DNA of 43,161 bases from Chloroflexota bacterium (GTDB lineage: Bacteria; Chloroflexota; Dormibacteria; Aeolococcales; Aeolococcaceae). The translations under genes were made by a program, and so were the position numbers. The stretch lies in NCBI GenBank assembly GCA_028287625.1, contig JAQBPH010000285.1:1-43161 (forward strand). Direction: 5' to 3'. A model generated the notes under the pieces. The model saw only the letters and a list, made by a program, of their open reading frames with translations, was not told the origin of the DNA and did not search any database. This document shows positions 39,861-43,161 of the stretch, one piece after another (within the stretch, counting starts at the first letter, position 1; every line of letters starts with the position of its first letter).

Positions 39861-40603
39861 CCCTCCACCTGCCCGGCCAGATGTTCGACCCCGAGGAGTC
39901 GGGCCGTCCCCTCGACCTCCTCGACATTCTCGACGTCACCGAGATCGAGATCGGGGAGGACACGCGCCACACCGAGGTGGTGACGCGAACCGGGCTGCTG
40001 GGGTTGATCTGGCACGGCCGGCCGGACGAGACCGGCCGCGTTGTCGTCACCTGTGGGGGAATGTTCGGAGGGTTCCACGGTCCGGCCCGGGGACTGTTTC
40101 GAGACCTGGGTGTCACGCTGGCGCAGGTCGGGGTGTGCACCGTCCGCGTCGACTATCGGCTGCCCGGGCACCTTGCTCCGTGCACCTTCGACCTCGGGGC
40201 GGCGATGGATCTCGCCACCCGACGAGGCGCCGAACGGTTCGTGACGGTGGGGCACTCCTTCGGAGGGGCCGTCGCGATCGGCGCCGCCGTGCAGATGCCC
40301 ACGCTGGTCGTCGGCGTGGTGGCTCTCGCCAGTCAATCGGCCGGGGTCGTGCCGATCCCGCAGGCGCCTGGGGACGGGCACGCGAGACCCCTTGGCGACC
40401 GGCCCTTTCTCCTTCTCCACGGCGACCGGGACGAGGTCATCCCGCCGGAGGTGAGCGAGACGCTGCGTGAGTTCGCCGGCCACGGTGAGGTCGTCCGGCT
40501 GGCGGGTGCGAGCCACCGGCTGAATGAGGCCGCTGACGAGCTGCGCAGCCGGTTGCCGCCGTGGCTGGTGATGGCATTGGACAGTGTGCAGCGGACGTTC
40601 TGA
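39857..40603 (+). CDS. alpha/beta hydrolase (dienelactone-hydrolase-like)
   Basis: The GTG overlaps the upstream stop (GTGA); an alternative ATG lies at 39881. It has the nucleophile elbow GHSFGG and the C-terminal LLLHGDRDEVIP...ASHRL. Confidence 0.8.
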   Translation: MTLHLPGQMFDPEESGRPLDLLDILDVTEIEIGEDTRHTEVVTRTGLLGLIWHGRPDETGRVVVTCGGMFGGFHGPARGLFRDLGVTLAQVGVCTVRVDYRLPGHLAPCTFDLGAAMDLATRRGAERFVTVGHSFGGAVAIGAAVQMPTLVVGVVALASQSAGVVPIPQAPGDGHARPLGDRPFLLLHGDRDEVIPPEVSETLREFAGHGEVVRLAGASHRLNEAADELRSRLPPWLVMALDSVQRTF

Positions 40604-40886
40604 AGGGTGGACCCGCCCCGGTCTGATGGTGAAGTCCACCGCCGATCCTGACGGGTGCGCAGGGCATACGCGAATTCGGACCTGCTCACCCTTACACGCC
40701 CTGACATGCTTCCGCCGTCGTGGCGAGGCGGAGCGCAGGCGATCTGATACACATCCGGTCGTCCTGACCCGCTCGGGCCAGACGTCGCGAAACATTCTGT
40801 ACCTGGAGGACAGCCTCACGGCTCCTCAGCGAGCCTATGCTCCAGACTGCCGCCGTAGGAGACGACGGGTGGGTGGGAGAGCCGGG

Positions 40887-41501
40887 ATGAATAGATCCGT
40901 CCCCTTCGGGATCACGGGGATGGACGTGGGTCCTGGGGACCACGTCTGTGCGTTCTATCGGGGTCTGCCCGAGCGAGACCGGGTGCTGCTCCCCTACCTG
41001 CGAGCGGGGCTGATGGCGGGGAACAAGTGCATCTGTGTGGTCGATGCCACCGCGCCCGACTCGGTGCTCGCCGATCTGACCGGCGGGGTGGACAGCCACG
41101 CGCATCGTGCGGACGGTCAGTTGAACTTGCTGGCGTCCCGTGACGCCTACTTCCCCGGGGGCGGATTCAGCGCCGACGTGATGCTCGATTTCTGGGATCA
41201 GAACGTGCGCAGGGCGCTGCACGAGGAGGGGTTCGATTTCGTCCGCGCGGTGGGGGAGATGACCTGGTCGCTGCGCAGCATCCCGGGCGTGGACGAGCTG
41301 GTCCGGTACGAGGCGGCGTTGAACAAGTTCTCCCGGCGGTACCCCCAGGTGATCCTGTGCCTGTACGACCTGGAGCGCTTCAGCGGGGAGATCATCATGG
41401 ACATGCTGAAGACCCATCCCAAGGTGCTGCTGGGCGGAACCATCTACGAGAACCCGTACTACATACGGCCTGAGGAATTCCTGGCCGTTCTCGGTTCCTG
41501 A
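40887..41501 (+). CDS. MEDS-domain (DcmR-like sensory) protein
   Basis: 204 aa. It reads GDHVCAFYRGLPERDRVLLPYLRAGLMAGNKCICVVD, ...VRAVGEMTW... and ILCLYDLERFSGEIIMDMLKTHPKVLLGGTIYENPYY, matching the MEDS pattern. Confidence 0.8.
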   Translation: MNRSVPFGITGMDVGPGDHVCAFYRGLPERDRVLLPYLRAGLMAGNKCICVVDATAPDSVLADLTGGVDSHAHRADGQLNLLASRDAYFPGGGFSADVMLDFWDQNVRRALHEEGFDFVRAVGEMTWSLRSIPGVDELVRYEAALNKFSRRYPQVILCLYDLERFSGEIIMDMLKTHPKVLLGGTIYENPYYIRPEEFLAVLGS

Positions 41502-41506
41502 CCGGG

Positions 41507-43161
41507 ATGCTCACCGCGCTGGCCACCACGGTTCCCGACAGCACCCTGCGGGAGCAGCTGTCGAATCTGCGGAGCCTGCACATGCTCTCCATCCTGATGA
41601 TGGAGAGCCGGCGCGAGGAGCAGATCCTCCATCTGGCGAGCACCTGCGTGCCCGCGATCGCGAGCTGTCATTTTCGAGCGATCACGGTGGACGGCCGGAC
41701 GCTGTCGGAGCCGGCGCGCTCCGGGGGCGCCACGTCGGCCGACCTGGAGGCCGAGATCGCCACCCTCGACAATCCCGGGGGCCCGGTGCATCTGGTGGGG
41801 GATGAGTGGGCCTGGGCGTACGGGCTGGGCGGGCTGAGCCGGAGCGGGTTCCTGGTGGTCGGCGGCGACGCCGAACCGCCGGATCACGAGACCTTCCTGC
41901 TGCGTGTGCTGGCCCAGCAGACCGGGGCGGCGCTGGCCAGTGCCCGGCTGCACCTCCAGGAGCATGACACCGCCGAGCAGCTGGCCCAGCTCAACGGCGA
42001 GCTGGAGACCACCGTCCAGGCGCTCAAGCGCAGCATGGACATCCACAAGCGGCTCACCCAGGCGACGCTGCACGGGCAGGGGCAGGAGGGGATCGCCAAG
42101 GCGATCTTCGAGCTCACCAGCTACCCGGTGGCGGTGGAGGACCGCTACGGCAATCTGCGCGCCTGGGCGGGCCCCAATCGGCCCGAGCCGTATCCGAAGG
42201 ATCCTCCGGCCAAGCGGGAGCAGCTGCTGCGACGGCTGTTCCGTGACCCTCGGGCGATGCGCGACGGGGGACGGCTGCTGGCGCTGGCGCGGGCCCGTGG
42301 TGATCTGCTCGGGGTGCTGGTGCTCATCGATCCGTCGGGGACCGCCGGGGAGCACGAGCTGGTCGCGCTGGAGCATGGGGCGACGGTGCTGGCCATGGAG
42401 CTGGCGCATCTGCGCAGCGTCGCCGAGAGTGAGCTGCGGCTGCGCCGGGATCTGGTCGAGGCGCTGCTCAGCGGGACGGAGGAGGAGAGCGTGCTGGCGT
42501 ACGCGCAGGGGTTGGGCTACGACCTGCAGCGGCCGCACTGGGTGGTGGTCGCCGAGGGTCGAGGGCGAACCCGGGACGACGAGTTCTTCTTCCACTCCAT
42601 CCGGCGAGCAGCCCGGGAGATGACGGTGGGCGAGCTGGTGGTGACCAGGAAGGGTGCCGTCGTGATCCTGGCCAACCGCCAGGTGGACTGGGAGGAGTTC
42701 CGCCAGACCATCCTGCGGGAGCTGGGCGGGGGGCGATGCCGGCTGGGGATCGGTGCCCAGGGACGCAGGCCCGCGGACTTCGTCCGCTCGTACCGCGAGG
42801 CTCTGCTGGCGCTGAAGATGCTGCGCTCCTATTCGCACGACGACCGGAGCCTCGCCTTCGACGCCTCGGGCGTGTACCGCCTGCTCTGCGGGGTGGAGGA
42901 CCTCGCCCACGTGGACGGCTTCGTGCGCGAGTGGCTGGGGAAGCTCATCGACTACGACACCCAGAAGGGCAGCGACCTGGTGAAGACGCTGTCGCACTAC
43001 CTCGAGTACGGCGGCAGCAGCGACTCCGCGGCCGCCACCCTGTTCGTGCACCGGAGCACGGTCAAGTACCGCCTCCAGCGCGTGCGCGAGATCACCGGTT
43101 TCGACCTCAACGATCCCAACGTGCGCTTCAACCTCCAGCTCTCCACCCGCGCCTGGCAGAC
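41507..43161 (+). CDS. PucR-family transcriptional regulator with an N-terminal GAF-like sensory region; 3' end lies outside the window
   Basis: It is not in the ORF track because it has no stop. Hand translation from the ATG at 41507 (5 nt after the MEDS gene stop) gives an uninterrupted frame to the window edge. The frame ends ...FVREWLGKLIDYDTQKGSDLVKTLSHYLEYGGSSDSAAATLFVHRSTVKYRLQRVREITGFDLNDPNVRFNLQLSTRAWQ, the PucR C-terminal HTH. Confidence 0.9.
   Translation, partial: MLTALATTVPDSTLREQLSNLRSLHMLSILMMESRREEQILHLASTCVPAIASCHFRAITVDGRTLSEPARSGGATSADLEAEIATLDNPGGPVHLVGDEWAWAYGLGGLSRSGFLVVGGDAEPPDHETFLLRVLAQQTGAALASARLHLQEHDTAEQLAQLNGELETTVQALKRSMDIHKRLTQATLHGQGQEGIAKAIFELTSYPVAVEDRYGNLRAWAGPNRPEPYPKDPPAKREQLLRRLFRDPRAMRDGGRLLALARARGDLLGVLVLIDPSGTAGEHELVALEHGATVLAMELAHLRSVAESELRLRRDLVEALLSGTEEESVLAYAQGLGYDLQRPHWVVVAEGRGRTRDDEFFFHSIRRAAREMTVGELVVTRKGAVVILANRQVDWEEFRQTILRELGGGRCRLGIGAQGRRPADFVRSYREALLALKMLRSYSHDDRSLAFDASGVYRLLCGVEDLAHVDGFVREWLGKLIDYDTQKGSDLVKTLSHYLEYGGSSDSAAATLFVHRSTVKYRLQRVREITGFDLNDPNVRFNLQLSTRAWQ

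Overview
This is a very GC-rich (by eye about 70%) actinobacterial-style chromosomal segment. I can support about 45 protein-coding genes or gene fragments, all read by eye from the ORF track and the raw sequence. I saw no rRNA, tRNA, CRISPR array, transposase or integrase. (1) 1-6.4 kb holds ordinary genes: the 3' end of an acyl-CoA ligase, GlsB-like and holin-X-like membrane proteins, an alpha/beta hydrolase, an F420/LLM-type oxidoreductase, an orphan HlyD-type adaptor lipoprotein and a truncated PucR HTH remnant. (2) 6.4-10.4 kb is a visibly lower-GC gene-decay zone with an acyltransferase-3 fragment, a frameshifted GlxA/DJ-1 fragment and a reductase C-terminal fragment. One intact ABM monooxygenase and several small ORFs lie among them. 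(3) 10.4-15.4 kb holds an ECF sigma factor translationally coupled to a membrane protein with a six-blade Kelch-like propeller. Exported cupin, YVTN-propeller and glycine-rich proteins follow. (4) 16.0-35.1 kb is the most unusual block. A tightly coupled plus-strand operon runs: Liv-type substrate-binding lipoprotein, LivH, LivM, a LivG with a ~210-aa membrane-anchored N-terminal extension, LivF, an unknown exported protein, a CopC-CopD fusion and two tandem paralogous membrane-anchored unknowns. A convergent MoxR / DUF58 / polytopic DUF4129 operon and a small Cys-rich secreted protein follow. A second, SBP-less Liv paralog set comes next, in which LivM, LivG and LivF are fused into one 855-aa ORF. 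(5) 35.1-43.2 kb holds Cys-rich hypotheticals, a discoidin-domain lipoprotein, a Pro-rich mini-protein, a BNR-like propeller lipoprotein coupled to an alpha/beta hydrolase, a MEDS-domain protein and a GAF-like/PucR regulator that runs off the window. The strongest unexplained signal is a ~170-nt non-coding element present twice in direct orientation (15602-15772 and 38565-38736). Its 42-nt core is 36/42 identical and contains the inverted repeat TGTCC-AGAA-GGACA. Each copy sits in a divergent promoter region. All family calls rest on motif recognition, not database searches, and hand-derived coordinates could be off by a codon at some starts.
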